Shown here one piece after another: positions 62,618 to 64,000 of a DNA stretch of 64,000 bases (positions are counted from its first letter, which is position 1; each line of letters opens with the position of its first letter). A program made the position numbers and the translations under genes. Under the pieces are notes generated by a model. That model made no database searches. It saw only the letters and a program-made list of their open reading frames with translations, and was not told where the DNA came from. The stretch is from Octopus sinensis. Taxonomy: Eukaryota. Location of the stretch: contig NC_042999.1 of assembly GCF_006345805.1 (NCBI RefSeq), positions 15,066,001 to 15,130,000 on the forward strand, read 5' to 3'.

Positions 62618-63402
62618 TACTAAACCATGCAAACCAACCTAAATGGTTACTTTCCTTCCTTTATTTCAACTATTCTTCTAACTTCAATGTAAGATCTCAT
62701 TTTCTAAAATCTAAAGTTTTCCCCCACCCTTAACTTACCAGCCATGTATCCAACTTTATGACACATTGCATAAGAACAAACACATTAACGTCAATCTCAT
62801 GTCTAACTTGCTTTTCTCTCTGACGTCAATATTAAATATATTCTTGTAATATGCATTTCTTTTCATGGCAACCAACATTATTTTTCATGTAAAATCAGAC
62901 GTCTCCTATTAAAATTATTTCAAGTTTCTTCATAAATTTGTTTGTAGTGAAACTCATAAAATAAGAACAAGCTTTTTCAATTGAGAAAACTGGCCAAGCT
63001 GCTACCATTTGCTTAGCTGTTACATTGTACAATACACACTTTCTGTAAAGTATATGTAAGACGTTGAACATTTTAAAGTTTTGGTTACTGTTGTAGGACA
63101 TATTTCTCCTATCTTAAATACATTTAAAAACAAACTACATTCTTATGATATATTCTGATGAGTCATTGAATGTACATTAATGTACATATACAGCTGCGTG
63201 CGTGTGCACATACACGCGAGTACTGTCCAAATCTCCGACCAATCACATACAGCTAGCTGGCATTCAATTGCCGTATCAAGTTTCTGGCATTTTGATTGGG
63301 TTCTGGATAGAAAATTCACAAAAAAGTCACCTCTATTGATTTTTTGTGTGCATGTATTTGTGTGTATGTGTTTGCGTGTGCGTTTGTGTATGAGTATGTA
63401 TG

Positions 63403-63449
<47 letters not shown>

Positions 63450-63566
63450 ATGTATAGAGATGCAGATGCATACAAGCATACACAAACACACATACATTGA
63501 TATGTAGCAAGAATTAAGCAAAGTTATAAACCAAAATCAAGATATTTTCTTTTTTCCATTTCACAG

Positions 63567-63634
63567 TAACTGGATTTGATCTCTGGTGGTCTGTGGTTGC
63601 TGTGGGACTCGTATGTACATTCTACACAACTTTG
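63567..63634 (+). CDS. SLC5A8-like: SLC5 symporter coding exon 4 (68 nt; VTGFDLWWSVVAVGLVCTFYTTL)
   Basis: TTTCACAG acceptor, TTG|GTAAGA donor, phase 1-0, in frame with exon 3. Conserved VTG...G.VCTFYTTL motif. Gene continues beyond the window. Confidence 0.94.
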
Positions 63635-64000
63635 GTAAGATATTTTCTTTATTTTTTCCTTGGAAGCTTTCTATATTTTTTGTCATTTAGTTACAGCATA
63701 TTAATCATTAATCATTATATTACAATATTATGTAATAAGAAGCCGTAGCCAGCGCCGACTCGACTGGCTTCTGTGCCGGTGGCACATAAAAAGCACCATC
63801 CGAACGTGGCCGATGCCAGTGCCGCCCCGACTGGCTCCTGTGCCGGTGGCACATAAAAAGCACCATCCGAACGTGGCCGTTGCCAGCGCCGCCTTGGCTG
63901 GCTTCCGTGCCGGTGGCACGTTAAAAGCTCCAACTGATCGTGACCGATGCCGTATACCCCTGGCACCCGTGCAGGTGGCACGTAAAAAGCACCCACTACA

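Overview
AT-rich, microsatellite-dense eukaryotic DNA whose repeat content looks like an octopod cephalopod (Octopus); this is an inference from repeat style, not a database match. One host gene is clearly supported: the first four coding exons of a + strand SLC5 sodium:solute symporter of the SLC5A5/6/8/12 (NIS/SMVT/SMCT) clade at 34659-35018, 56946-57011, 60418-60469 and 63567-63634. It has a 21.9-kb first coding intron and continues past the window. Nearly everything else is transposon-derived: tRNA-type SINEs, CR1-, RTE- and R4/Dong-like LINE relics, a Penelope-like element, hAT (hATm, Buster), Chapaev3, mariner and Helitron relics, piggyBac-like and Merlin/MULE-like MITEs, and a solo LTR. 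The most interesting signal is a set of hammerhead ribozymes (HHRs) read directly from the sequence. (1) A non-coding retrozyme-like family: an intact full-length Schistosoma-type type I HHR at 11072-11151 (-), a terminally redundant ~341-nt unit with a CpG-decayed HHR at 4331-4747 (+), and a third fragment at ~30126-30229, with compensatory changes between members. (2) A palindromic, tRNA-headed, SINE-like insertion with one minimal HHR on each strand (41487-42021). (3) Further minimal Penelope-type HHRs at 54624, 6388 and 17465. All family assignments are by motif recognition and repeat boundaries are approximate unless a TSD is given; no searches or folding programs were run.
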